Assembly (NCBI GenBank): GCA_043228905.1
Contig: JBHGNT010000018.1
Location: forward strand, 5,146,001-5,210,000
DNA from: Azolla caroliniana
Lineage: Eukaryota > Plantae > Polypodiophyta
Direction: 5' to 3'
DNA length: 64,000 nt
The notes beneath the pieces are model-generated. The model worked only from the letters and a program-made list of their open reading frames with translations, did no database searches and was not told where the DNA came from. Shown here in pieces: positions 1 to 12,451 of this stretch. Each line of letters starts with the position of its first letter. Within the stretch, counting starts at the first letter, position 1. The position numbers were made by a program, and so were the translations under genes.

Positions 1-725
1 ATTCTCCCAACAAAATTTTTTAAAACCAGAGATTAAAAAAAAAAAAAACCTCACTCTTGACAACCCAATTTGAAAGCCCTCGTTAGAAAATCAGATTGAA
101 AAAAATCTGACGAGGAAAAAGAGCTGCGGATTTCAGGCGTATCTATCAGAGGCAAAATAATTAGGCTCTCCTAATTACAACCCAAGGAGCTTGATTAGGG
201 AAAGACAAACTCATTAACCAGATATGTTGATGGGTGCAATTAGGGGGGGCTAATGAAGAGGATCCAAATGAGTATCTAAGACCTTTTTCGGATGTGATAA
301 TGAAGAGTAATTAGGATCGGAAAGTTACCCGCAAACCGAAATAAAGGATCGGGCGAAATCCGGGTGTAATTATCGAAGAATGGGAGGGCTGCAGAGTAAT
401 TAGGCTCTCTTAATTACTACCCAGGTGAGCTTGATTAGGATCTTAATGACAAATCAGGATAAAGAAGATAAATTATCCAATGGACTTGATATGAAGTACA
501 TATACATAGTATTGATAAATACATAAGATATAAATGATGGATAAGGAGAAAGAAAAGAGAGAGAGAAAAAAATCCTTTGGATTGTTTGGCGTTGCTTGAA
601 TCTCCATGCCACGTGGCATCCCTGGCAACCACCAACTTCTTATTTTTGAGGGGTCTCTTATTCTTATTACCATTCCATGACAATTATATTTCTTGGTCTT
701 TAAGTTGAAGGGATTTGGTCCCACT

Positions 726-769
726 CATTCATTCATTCATTCATTCATTCATTCATTCATTCATTCATT
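726..769. repeat. (CATT)n microsatellite
   Basis: About 11 consecutive CATT units. Confidence 0.95.
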
Positions 770-1145
770 GATTTTTTTCGTGGGAAACCTCACCAATCAT
801 CCGTTACAAATATAAAAACCTCGCACTTCTTCGAAAGCCAAAATGCGAACCTTTAAAGTCAAGCCAAATTACCTGTCGTGAGATTCCGTCAAACCTGTGT
901 GACAGTCATAGCGACCTTATTTCTATGAAAAATGGCCCGAAGAAATGTTGATTGTCGACAAATATTGGGGAGACAAAGGAGGGGGTAGGGGAGCATCCAA
1001 GTACCACATGATTGTGAGTTATTCGATTTGTTCAACAATACCCAAAATTTGATCCCCATTGCAAAAAGATGGCATCACGTTGTAGATGATTCAGAAAGAG
1101 ACAAAACAAACAAAAGGATTTTCCGAATCCCATGTTTGGAAACCC

Positions 1146-2240
1146 TGGTCGCAAATTGCCCCTCAAACTAGCGGATAAAAGTTCTTGTGTATGGACCAAA
1201 ACCGTTACAAATGAATCATTGTTTCTTGTGTAGCCCCCCCCCCCCCCCCCCCCCCCAATCCCATGGCTATGCACTTTCGGATGCACGATGGTTTCAAGAA
1301 TCCAACTCATTTGGGTCGAAATGGAAGCATAAGGATAGAGTTGAGAATGGGTGGAAAGAGGGTGAGGAGTAAGAAATGTTGGAGGATTAAGGGTTGGGGT
1401 TGAGGTCATGGTCATGGTCATGGTCATGGTGGTCGCAAATTGCCCCTCAAACTAACGGATAAAAGTTCTTGTGTATGGACCAAAACCGTTACAAATGAAT
1501 CATTGTTTCTTGTGTAGCCCCCCCCCCCCCCCCCCCAATCCCATGGCTATCCACTTTCGGATGCACGATGGTTTCAAGAATCCAACTCATTTGGGTCGAA
1601 ATGGAAGCATAAGGATAGAGTTGAGAATGGGTGGAAAGAGGGTGAGGAGTAAGAAATGTTGGAGGATTAAGGGTTGGGGTTGAGGTCATGGTCATGGTCA
1701 TGGTCATGGTCATGGTCATGGTCATGGTCATGGTCATGGTCAAGTCTATTAGTGTACAATGAGAATTGGAGAAGGAAAGTTGTAAGTAGGGATGGGACTA
1801 GTTGTGCCAAGTTTTGTCATGAGGGGTTGAGGGGATGCAGAGGAGTGGGATGTCAGCATTTATCTAACCTCCTTGGGTCAATTCCATGTGTTTCGACCCA
1901 TTGACTCACTTGGGTTGAAATGGAAGTTATAAGGATAGAGTTGAGAATGTGGGCAAGAGAGAATGGGTGGAAAGGGGGTGAGGAGCAAGAAATGGTGGAG
2001 GACTAGGGGTTTAATTTGGGGTCATTGTCATGGCAATGATCATGGTCAAGTTTATTAGTGTGCAATGAGAATTGGACAAGGAAAGTTGTAGGTAGGGGTT
2101 GGACTCTTGTGCCAAGTTTTGTCATTATGGGGTGAGGGGATGCAAGAGAGGGGGAGGACGAGAAAGAGTTGGGCGATCAAGTTTGTCTCAATTAGGGATA
2201 TCTGCTATCTAAGCTCCTTGGGTCAATTCCATGTGTTTCA
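1146..2240. repeat. 284-bp tandem duplication containing poly-C and (GGTCAT)n, followed by a third diverged partial copy
   Basis: TGGTCGCAAATTGCCCCTC starts at 1146 and 1430 with near-identical units. Bases ~1903-2240 are a diverged copy of ~1590-1895. The MTMTMT/SWSWSW ORFs are microsatellite artefacts. Confidence 0.9.
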
Positions 2241-3137
2241 AGTATCTATAGTAGCTGGCTAGTCCAAGTACACTTTGATCTCGAAATTTTGCATACATGA
2301 TAAGTACAAAAGACTATGACAATTAATCTACAAATTTAAGGTTACCCTACATTGTTTGTCATTCAAGAGGGAGCCACGGTTTCTACACATTCACTCACAC
2401 AAATCTACACATGCACAAATATACATTTATATGAATAAATACATTCAAATTTCAAACATATGTGGATACAATCTCGCATCCCTTACACACTAATATACGT
2501 AAGTGCACATACACATGTATTTACAAGTACACTAACCTTTCTACAAAAACAATTATATTTGTAAACTCATACTAAAAAAAATCTTCATTTACACTTGCAC
2601 ACGTATAGAGACATTTTCAAACATACACATAAACCTCTACACACTTGAGCCGGTACACTTACATGAGATAGATAGATACATATGTATGTATATATGTATA
2701 TATATACATACATCTTTACATACACCTACATAGATACTTGAACAAAGAAATGCTAATAAAGATATCCTAAATATGGAGCCAATGTACCATTATTGGGTAT
2801 TCATGTCTTTCTTGGGGGTGTAGTATGAGAAAGTTTTGATTTTATAAAAATAAAACAAATGTTTAAAATGATTTCAAATTATATGAGTTAATTATACAAA
2901 GGCTTGTAAATATCCTATCTTTAGAGTTCCATCATGTGCAAAGGCAACTTCCAATTACTAGCACATTGTAGACGAGTCAATTCACCATGTGGCAAGTGTA
3001 TTATAAATGAGGCACAATTTCTTTTTCCATTTTACTGTTGTTAAAACATATATAATTTTGTTCTTGAATGACCCTCTTATGAGGAGCATGCGGAGTAATG
3101 AGCCATTGATTGTGAAGACAAATGGAAAAATCTCACC

Positions 3138-4155
3138 CTCTTTGAAATTGCTCTACATTTGCATTCTTATTGTTCCCCTCATTGCTCAAGATATGCTCAA
3201 TTAGCATATGGTTTTCCTTTTGAACCTTCTAAGGAACAATCTGGACTTTTTTTTTCCAAAAAAATTCTACTTCCATTAGTTAAGAAAAAGTACATAGGAT
3301 AATATATAACTCATATGTTACAAGCCACTTTGCAATGGCTACAAGAAAACATCATGTATAAATGAAGCAACAAAACCTCATCACAAAATTACTCGACAGA
3401 CTCCCCTCAACATGAGCCTCACACTACCCACATTCAGCAAAGACGCCCTCCAATCTCTTCACAATTCAACACCTACCTCTTTGAAATTACTCTACATTTG
3501 CATTCTTATTGTTCCCCTCATTGCTCAAGATATGCTCAATTAGCATATGGTTTTCCTTCTGGACCTTCTAAGGAACAACCTGAACTTTTTTTTTCCAAAA
3601 AAATTCTACTTCCATTAGTTAAGAAAAAGTACATAGGATAATATATAACTCATATGTTACAAGCCACTTTGCAATGGTTACAAGAAAACATCATGTATAA
3701 ATGAAGCAACAAAACCTCATCACAAAATTACTCGACAGACTCCCCTCAACATGAGCCTCACACAACCCACATTCAGCAAAGACGCCCTCCAATCTCTTCA
3801 CAATTCAACACCTACCTCTTTGAAATTGCTCTACATTTGCATTCTTATTGTTCCCCTCATTGCTCAAGATATGCTCAATTAGCATATGGTTTTCCTTCTG
3901 GACCTTCTAAGGAACAACCTGGACTTTTTTTTTTCCAAAAAAAATCTACTTCCATTAGTTAAGAAAAAGTACATAGGATAATATATAACTCATATGTTAC
4001 AAGCCACTTTGCAATGGCTACAAGAAAACATCATGTATAAATGAAGCAACAAAACCTCATCACAAAATTACTCGACAGACTCCCCTCAACATGAGCCTCA
4101 CACAACCCACATTCAACAATTATGCCCTCCAATCTCTTCGCAATTCCACACCTAC
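3138..4155. repeat. 3 x ~339-bp tandem repeat spanning the LINE 3' junction
   Basis: Units start at 3138, 3477 and 3816. Each has ~110 bp of flank, the TSD copy GGAACAA.CTG.ACTT, a T-tract (LINE poly-A on minus) and the LINE 3'UTR. Confidence 0.95.
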
Positions 4156-4157
4156 CT

Positions 4158-7100
4158 CTATGTTTGGTACCTTAGGAGGAAACAACCACCTTGATAAATC
4201 CACTTTGCATTGCCATCCACCATCTGTAACATCGGAGAACCTCTCCATTTAAGAAGGAAGCGGTATCTACCTTCTTCACTTGCATCAGAGGGCCCCTGAA
4301 GGCTGTCAAACTTTCCGTGTAGCGTAGAAATCAGATTAAACCAAATGATCGTTAAACTCTCAGTCGATGGGGTTCGCGTCCTGGTAAACGACTCCTTGCA
4401 CCTAGAACCCACACTTGCCAAACAGTAAGGCCAACCACTAAAAACCAAACATCTACGTACCGTTCCTGTATGTAGAATGAATCTCCTTGAGCCGCAGGTT
4501 GAATTGTTCCATTCACCACCTTTAAGAGAAGGGCTATTTCCATTCCACCCATGAAACCATGCAGCAGATTCAGTAGCTAACCAAACAACTATTGCACTTG
4601 ATACCTGAACTTCAACCCCGCATCGAGCCAGAATTCTTAAGCTCCTAGTCCAAACTTCTTGGGCTCGTGGGCAACTCCATAAACAATGGGCGATGTCCTC
4701 CAAACTCACTCCACAGGCCTTGCAATTACTCATGCCACCCCTTTTCCCCAACCACTCTCCGGTTGGAACAACCCGATAGGTGATTAGCCAAAAAAACACC
4801 TTGACCCTCTCGGGGAGGGATGAGTTCCATATCCTATTCCTAGTTTTATGCACAAAGACTGAATCGACAACTACATGGGTCCATTTGTTGACACACTTCT
4901 CACAATGCAAGCATAAATGTCTCCCCAAGCGATTGAGTAGTCAAAGAAACCACGTGATTTACCTTGTTCGTCCCTCCATGTATATTCTGCAAGATCCCAT
5001 TCTATTACGGGCATGACCATATAATATCCCGTGGTGAGAATTTACCATAGTATTCTATACACTCTCGTTTAACCCTCACAATTATCCACGAGTATAGAAT
5101 ATTACGGTAAATTCTCACCACGGGATATTATATGGTCATGCCCGTAACAATTTCTAAACACTCTAGTGGCTTCCCTTCAACTACATACAAGATCCAATCC
5201 TCCTCAACCTCATCGACTGATGGATTCACCTTCCATTTCTTACCGTCTCGTGCCACAATTCTAATCGGGGACCAACGAGCACCTGCAACTACAAATCCCA
5301 ACTGGATGATCTTCCCATTCTTTCCTATACCCTTGGCATTGATAACTTTTCCGGCATCCCCACATTGTCCGAACCATTCACCCTCTTCCCCATTACTAAT
5401 AAGAACAGAGTAAACAACTTTATCGACTAGGTCAACCATCTTCCAACCATTTCTGAACTTTCTCACATCTTCATATAATTTATCCCGATTACTAGGGGAC
5501 AACTGCATCCAATTTTCTATTGACTGAATCCCAACACCATGCAATATAACCCATGGCATACCCTCGCTCAAGACAAGCATCTTCCCCTCGTTCGACTTTA
5601 AGGTCTCGTTCCACAATAGGGGTTGGTGCATCCATTCAACATTAGTACTTGGACCTATACGGCTAAGATGCCCATGGAGCATATCCCAGGCCTTCATCAC
5701 TGACATACACGTGTGATCAGCCAACCGATTAGACCTCCTAAGCTTTAAGTCCATACAAAATAGCCATGATTTATGTGGCTTCCAATGCCCACCAAGTTGT
5801 GGACTCTAAAGTATGCTCCTATTAAAAATCAATGTTTTCCATAACTCATTTCCGGGCAACAAGATCCTTACCAATACCTTACATAGCAATGATTGACTTT
5901 GTACTCCAGGGTCGATCAATCCTAAACCCCCCCTTACTTTTGGGAAGAATCAACGTAGACCATGATACTTTAGATGCCGCATTGTCTTTCATATTCCCAG
6001 CCCATAGAAAGCCCCCGATACATGCTTTAACAATACGAATAGCATGCCTGTCAAACATCCACACTGAAACCGCATGCCACATAGTAGACAAGAGCACATG
6101 GTTAGCTACTATGATCCTGCCAGCTAATGATAAATTCATCCCTGACCAGATATGGATTTTGTTGCAAATTTCACTTTGAATTTGTTGCAACTGTATTCTT
6201 TTGTCGATATCTACACCAATCCACATTCCCAGATATCTGGTGCCTTCCTCTTTTGCAATCCATTTGAAATCAACATTTGGTTTCCATACCAGCTTGACCT
6301 CTAAGCTCATCCAAAAACCCTTGGACTTATTCCAATTGATGGCAACTCCCGATGCTTTGCAAAAGAGATCGATAACAATTTGTGCCCTCCCCAAATTCGC
6401 TTCATTACCTTGGAGGTATAACATCGTATCGTCCGCGAACTCCGAGTCGAGCAAGGACTGCCTTGTGTTAGGGATTAAAAGACCAAGTAAATTTGTCGTC
6501 TAACTATTCAAAAAGGTAGACATTGCTTCAGTAATAAAGAGGAATAGAAAGGGGGCGAGAGGACAACCTTGCATGATGGATCTAGTTAGAGAGATTCTAG
6601 CTCCTTTCTTCCCTGCAATCAACACCTTACTTGAGCCATTCTTATATAAGGCTTGAGCAACACACCTCCATTCCCACGATAGCTCAATCACCTTCATCAC
6701 TTCTTCAAGGAAATACCATTGCACTCGATCATAGGCTTTCTCGAAGTCAAGCATCAAACAAGCTATGTTTTGCTTGGTCTCCCTTGCTGTCGCAACAGCC
6801 TCCCAAAACAATATCACATTGTCCATAATAAATCGATGCTCCATGAAATCAGTTTGATTGGTCTGGATGATATCTCCTAGAAAGGGCTTGACTCTCTGCA
6901 CTAGTATGTTAGCAATTTTTTTATAAATGAGATTTAAAATGGTGATGGGCCTCCATTGTCTAATCTCGTGCGACACCTTCTCCGATTTAGGAATAAGGTA
7001 TATCAGTCCTTCATTGAAGCTGCTCTGCATCCTTCCCGTTCTCCACATTTCCTAGAATCCAACTTCCAAACTAGGAAAAATATGCTCCCAAAATTCCACA

Positions 7101-8580
7101 AAGAAGGCTTTGGGAAGGCCGACAACTCCAGGGCAAGCCCTGCTATGAATCCTATCTAGCCCCGCTACAATCTCTTCCTTCTCTATGGTCTTTGACAATT
7201 GTGATTTGGCTACCTCTCCAATCCTGGTCTTCAAGCATGCAACTACATGATGCATCAAGTTAATCGGTGGGGCTTCTGTCAATGTTGGAGCTAAAAGGTC
7301 TTTGTAATACTTCGTTGTCATTTGCAAGATTTCATCTTGGTCAGTTGTCACCGAATCATCCTCTCGCTTAAGACTTACAATAGGCTTTCCCTTCAGTTTT
7401 GGAGCCTTGGTAAGAAAAAACTCACTATTAACTTTATCTCCGTTGACAACCCACCATGTTGTCGACTTTCTAAAGAGGAATTGCTCCCGTTGCTGCCTAG
7501 TCTCCTACAACACCCTTGTGGCTTCATGCAGTATATCTTTCACCCAAGAATAGTGTGGGTCCACTTGCGTAAGCTTTTGAGCTGAGATGTCTGCCTTCCT
7601 TAAGCGTTGTAGCTAGGAATGACACCTTACCAGCTCCTCTCTAGCTGTTTTCTGAAGAGCATGTGAAGAATTAACAATCTTATCCTCTAATACCTGTAAC
7701 GGGTCGTCGGATGATGGAGATGTTGACCAGATGTTAATCACTTCATCCTTGACCTTCTGGATACCAAAAATATTCGGAGGAATCCTCAAATTGCACTCAC
7801 TCTTATTCTTATGAATAGGACCGCGAGTCAAGGAAACTGGAAGGGGATCGAAGTAGGTAAAGCTAGCTAGAATGGATGTGTAACCACTCCAATCCTCAAA
7901 CCCCATGCTCACATAGATGCGGTCCAATCTAGAGTGACATCCTTCACTCTCCTTCCAACCAAATTGTGAAAACTGCAAGGAATTCTCCTCAACCACCATA
8001 CTAGAATACCAAGAATCTCTGATTCCAACCATAGCAATTAAGAAACCCCATGCTCTAAGCTCCTCTCCCTGTAACAAGTTCGAGTGAGCCCCCAAACAAT
8101 CATCGGTCCTCTCAGTCATGTTGAAATCTCCTGCTACTATCCAGTTGTCATAAGAGGGAATTTTGTTTGCCAACTCGCTCCAAAAAGAGGTCATCCCACT
8201 GTTACTATTTGGTACATAGACATTCAACACCCCAAATTTCACATTCCTCCATTCCAAGTAGCAGAACATGACCCTTCCTTCTATCAGTATGCCATGATCC
8301 AAAATGGCAATATCCGGTGATTTTCTCACCAAAATACAAACTCCACCTCTCCTTTCTAGCACACCGTGAGCTAGAGCCCACCATGTGTGCCAATCCCCTG
8401 GCAACGGAACGGGTCTTTGAAAAGTTTTGTCCTTTCTCGGCCAAGGTGATGCTCTTGCAAGAGCAAAATATCAATCTTCCTACATAAGTTAACAACTTCA
8501 AATTCCTTCCTAAAAAATTGCTTCTCAAGCAAATGATGGGACCCACCAAGTCCCTGCACATTCCAAGAGAAAAGTCTCAT
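4158..8580 (-). pseudogene. LINE ORF2 (endonuclease + reverse transcriptase + zf-RVT), broken by stops, frameshifts and a MITE
   Basis: Endonuclease: SWNVQGL, LQEHH, GDFN, SRLDRIY. RT: WRPITILN, LDFEKAYD, QGCPLAP, FADD, YLG. C-terminal C-x2-C...H-x3-C (CKAC..EDIAHCLWSC). Split over at least 7 ORF fragments. Confidence 0.92.
5008..5144. mobile_element. MITE (long terminal inverted repeats) inserted in LINE ORF2
   Basis: CGGGCATGACCATATAATATCCCGTGGTGAGAATTTACC... and its reverse complement at the right end: ~53-bp IR with 2 mismatches, flanked by TA on both sides (Tc1/mariner-like TSD). Confidence 0.85.
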
Positions 8581-9455
8581 TGACTTGGGTTCAAAAGAAG
8601 ATCCAAGGGGGATTCACCTTTGCTCGACAAGTATGCCGTCATCATATTCCATATGTTTTCCCACTCCATTCTTATTTCCCATTTTTTATCAGTGGGTAAT
8701 TCACCACAATGGAAGTGGAACTGACCAGGATTTAGCATAAGATCGTGCACCCTCCATATGCAAACCAAGGGAACATTTGGACCAAGTTCAAGAATCTCCC
8801 CGTGTATCAGGGAGCTCTTCCATTGTGCATGCAGCCCCGTGGCCTCGTTTTAAGATATAAGGTATCACATACACACTGCTGCCCTGATACAAAACATTTT
8901 CAAGGAGGATTCTTCTCCCCTTCCATCTTCCAAATCAGGCTCCAATTCGAAGGAGCAACCGATCTCCGGTCTACTAGAGTCCTTATTGATGAGGACCATG
9001 TGTGGTCTATTCCAACCATGAACTCTTTCCTTGGGAGTACCAATGTTCACCGCTACCTTGGGTACCTCCATACCTTGCATCTTCTAGTCTTTCATCATAA
9101 CAAAGTCAACTCCCACAATCGAAGGATTTCCGGCCTCAATCCGGGCAAGCATTTTCTGCACTTCACTATTACCCATGTCCGCATGACTCTCCTTGTCCTT
9201 CCCTTTCCTAATCCACGCCTTAACCGTTCTTAGGTCTGATGAAAATCTCTTGCCCCGGCTTTTAGAGGGCTCTACAAGTGTTTCGAGGGTCTCGATTCTT
9301 GGAAGCAAATCAATAAGAGTCATCAAAATTATCTCACCCTCTTGGGTTTCCTCTTCCCTTTGTGACAAGATATCAAATCTATTCGAACTGGAACTGTCAC
9401 TTGTAGGAGGACCCTTATGATTATGAATGTTAGACCTAGCCACTTTCCTTGGCGT

Positions 9456-10547
9456 TGTCGTGAAGATTTTCAGCAATAGTGTGAAAATCCCATAAAACGT
9501 ACAAAATCAAGTATGAATCACATAATACAATAATTGTGAAGATAACATTTTAAATAAATTTAATATCTAAGTACAAAATGATGGAGGTTTCGAATGCACT
9601 TTATTACATGAGAAACAGACAACTAAATGTCAAGATATGAGGGTATAAAGTTTGTGAAAGGAAAAGAGAAAATTGTGAGATATCCCACATAGGCACGACA
9701 AATACGGCTCTCATCATATATAAGGTAGAGCAAAAGATATTATCTTTGTGTCTATGTGTGGAGCATAGAGAGTTCAAGGTAACTTGAACTAAGAGTGGAG
9801 GTGGGCTAGCTACTTGTAAAGGGTTTTGGCCAACCAAAACCGGACCGGCGATGGACCAGCGATGGAGCCGGTGATCCGGCGGCAGTGAGACACCGGCATT
9901 CGACGGCAATCCGGCGACGGCGAGGCGGCGACATCCAGCAACCGACGGCATCCGACGAACCGGCGTCCGGTGACTAGATAAATAAATATATAAATATATA
10001 TACAGATACAAGGAGGGCAAGTAAGGATTCAAACCTTGCACCTCCGAGTTAGGAGTCAATTGGCTTACCATTAAGCCATGCCATTTAGTTGAATTTATAT
10101 TTCTATCATTGTACTTTTACGTAAAAATTCTCATACATGAGAGCTAAAATGAGTGACATGGTTATCATGCACCACATGTAATACATAAGCGTCAAATGGC
10201 AAGCATGCATTTTATGCATGTCTTATACCCTCACATGCATCATATGCATGAGAGCATCTATAAAAGAAGGAAGGGGGAGGAGAAAAAACGTTTTTTTTTG
10301 GGTTATGAAATTAAGAAGAAGAAATTCGTTATCAAATTGATCGTGTAACTTGTTTCTTAAATCCAAAGATAAAAGTTCAATCAATCTCTCTCAATCGTTT
10401 AATCTCAACTTCTCTCTTTCCCAATCTATCTTAAGTACTTTCTCGCCAAAGCTTGTGCCAAAGCTTGTACCGACTTTGAATCCTTCCGGTCCAGAACCCC
10501 GGCGGTTCCGCCTCACGATCCGCGCGTAGTGACGGATCCTCACGACA
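9456..10547. mobile_element. Solo LTR-like insertion (1092 bp) nested in LINE ORF1
   Basis: Termini TGTCGTGA...TCACGACA (TG..CA, 8-bp IR). 4-bp TSD GCGT/ACGT. Excision restores the LINE ORF1 frame. Internal TATATAA at 9717. No coding domains. Confidence 0.8.
10014..10086 (-). other. Degenerate tRNA-derived sequence (A and B boxes) inside the solo LTR
   Basis: Minus strand: A box TGGCTTAATGG (10078-10068), D-stem GCTT/AAGC, loop CTCCTAA, B box GGTTTGAATCC (10035-10025). Acceptor and anticodon stems are imperfect, so it is not a functional tRNA. Confidence 0.65.
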
Positions 10548-12278
10548 ACGTTACCCATCCTTCTTCTCCAGTGACTTGCTTCCCAACATGATCGAGGATC
10601 CTCTGCCCTCCCATCACTGACATTGGGTTATCGAGCATCTTGGTGCCTTGATTTCCCTTGCCTTCTCTTTTCTTCCAATACAAAGGGCAATGTTTGGCCG
10701 TATGGCCCATTTTCTTACATGCAAAGCACTGGCCCAGCAAGCCTTCATAGCCAACCTTCACCACCCTTAGGCCAAAAACCTCCATGTGGACTCTAATCTC
10801 TGTTGGCAGTTCTTTTATGTCTCTAACCAATGCCTTAAGCTTGGGGATTTCTGCAACCTTATCTGCAAATGAGGGTTTCTCTATACATACCATCCTAATA
10901 TTGTGTGCCAACTTTGGGATCAAATGATGGAGTTGGAAGGGTAGGTCTAGGAAGCATACGGTAATGACCACTGGAGTGCCTACTTTTTTATGCTCCTCCA
11001 TTGCATCAAAGTCTGGACTCCATTCCAAAATCATGGCTTTGCCATACTTAAGCGTAATCCATTTGTGGTCCAGAATTTCTTGACATTATGGCCTTCTTCT
11101 AAGATCACATGGTGATAATTATAGCTCATTCACAAAATGTTTTGGATAAGCGGCATTTTACCCAAAAGGGTTGCTTGCAACATGTCTCTTAACAACCCTT
11201 TACTAGGGTGCCCTCCTAACAACCGACATATGAATGCCGAACACTTCAACCTACCCACTTCTTCAGCCAACCTTTGATTCTCGGCCGAAGAAAGATAGAG
11301 GTCGATTCCTTTTCTTTCGTCAATGTTCTACTCCACCAGCATCTCTTGGACTACATCGAAGTCAATAAAATACTTTTCTCTCATGCCAATGTCAATGAGT
11401 TCCTTGGTATTCATTTCGGCAAGTGCCGTGTTCAGCTCCCCCCCTATCAGATTCTGGTCCTTTGGGCCCAAATGCATACAAGTATCTAATATTTCAGCTC
11501 GAGGAGGGTTTGGATCCATACTTGTTCCGATTATGTCCATTGGAGGAAGCTTGACCATCGCCATCTCCAAAAGATTGTTGCAACTCTCTGTGCTTTGGCC
11601 TTGCATCGTCAATAGCCGCCTTCCAATCGTGTTGTCGCTTGTTGCCGAAGACTTGTCCCTGCCGACTACCTTCTTTCCCAATCCCGGTTTGGGTCGCGCT
11701 ATTCAGCGAGAGGTTTGCTAACGCAGAGGCAGAGAGGGCCATCGAGGATGATGGAAGGAAGCTTTTCCTTTCGACGAAACCCTCGTCTACTTTTCCTCTA
11801 TCGCCTCCTCATTCCGTTGCCCCATCCCCCTTCTTTGTCGATCCCCCTTCTTTGTCGCTCCCTCGTTCAGGCCTGACAACACCACAATGCAGAACAACCG
11901 CTGATCAGAACAGGACAGCCACTGACGGGTGGCCGAAACTCCCTCTTGCAATAGCAGTTGCGCGCGCTCTCCTCCCTTTGACTGTGGCGCACTACTAGCC
12001 AACACGTGCGGTCCTCGCCATGCTCCTACGCCTTCTCCCGACCTAGTGATAGTATTCTTGGAACAACCTAGACTTATAGTTGAATATTCTCAAATGTGTA
12101 ATGTAACTTTATGTAAAGCCCAATTTATTGAAGGTTTTCATGTTCTCATACAACATAATTTTCTTGTCCTATTGAACACATTATATACTTAGTTAAAATG
12201 GAGCCTCACAACAATGATGTCGAGCATTATCATGTAGTTTCTAAACCCATGTCATGGTTTGATATCCTAGTGAACCAT

Positions 12279-12451
12279 GTGTGAAACACACACAGAAACA
12301 CACACGTACACACCCGATATATGTCCAGGCCTGGTGCCATAGCCTAGAGACATCGTGTCTCTAAAGTGTGAACACACACAAAAGCACACACTGTACACAC
12401 CCGAATATGTCCAGACCTGGTGCCATAGCCTAGAGACATTGTGTCTTTAAA
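12279..12451. repeat. 2 x 87-bp tandem duplication
   Basis: GTGTGAA(A)CACACACA...GCCTAGAGACAT.GTGTCT.TAAA at 12279 and 12366. Confidence 0.85.

Larger units (their letters stand above)
8577..11750 (-). pseudogene. LINE ORF1 (gag-like, zinc knuckle), frameshifted and interrupted by a solo LTR
   Basis: 10540-11034 has the WSPDF..LP-type region and the CCHC knuckle. Removing the 9456-10547 insert restores an in-frame EEGWVT-PRKVARS. The stop overlaps the ORF2 ATG (ATGA). The 5' start is approximate. Confidence 0.75.
3925..12059 (-). mobile_element. Full-length, degenerate L1-clade LINE retrotransposon
   Basis: TSD GGAACAACCTGGACTT (3911-3926) vs GGAACAACCTAGACTT (12060-12075), 15/16 match. Poly-A at the left end on minus. 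ORF1 fragments carry a CX2CX4HX4C knuckle (CFACKKMGHTAKHC). ORF2 fragments carry APE endonuclease, RT and zf-RVT motifs. Confidence 0.93.

Noticed and set aside
1325-1345. GAGAATGGGTGGAAAG resembling a miR482/2118 complementary site
   Set aside because: Short partial match in a repeat, with no NB-ARC context or precursor hairpin.
1032-1904. ORFs with MTMTMT, SWSWSW and poly-P/G
   Set aside because: Translations of (GGTCAT)n and poly-C inside a tandem duplication; no coding signature.
3138-4155. Regular repeat array as a CRISPR-like system
   Set aside because: Units are full-length near-identical copies without unique spacers; explained as duplication of the LINE junction.
10014-10086. Functional tRNA-Arg(CCT)
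   Set aside because: Acceptor and anticodon stems do not pair properly, and the T-loop has TTT instead of TTC.
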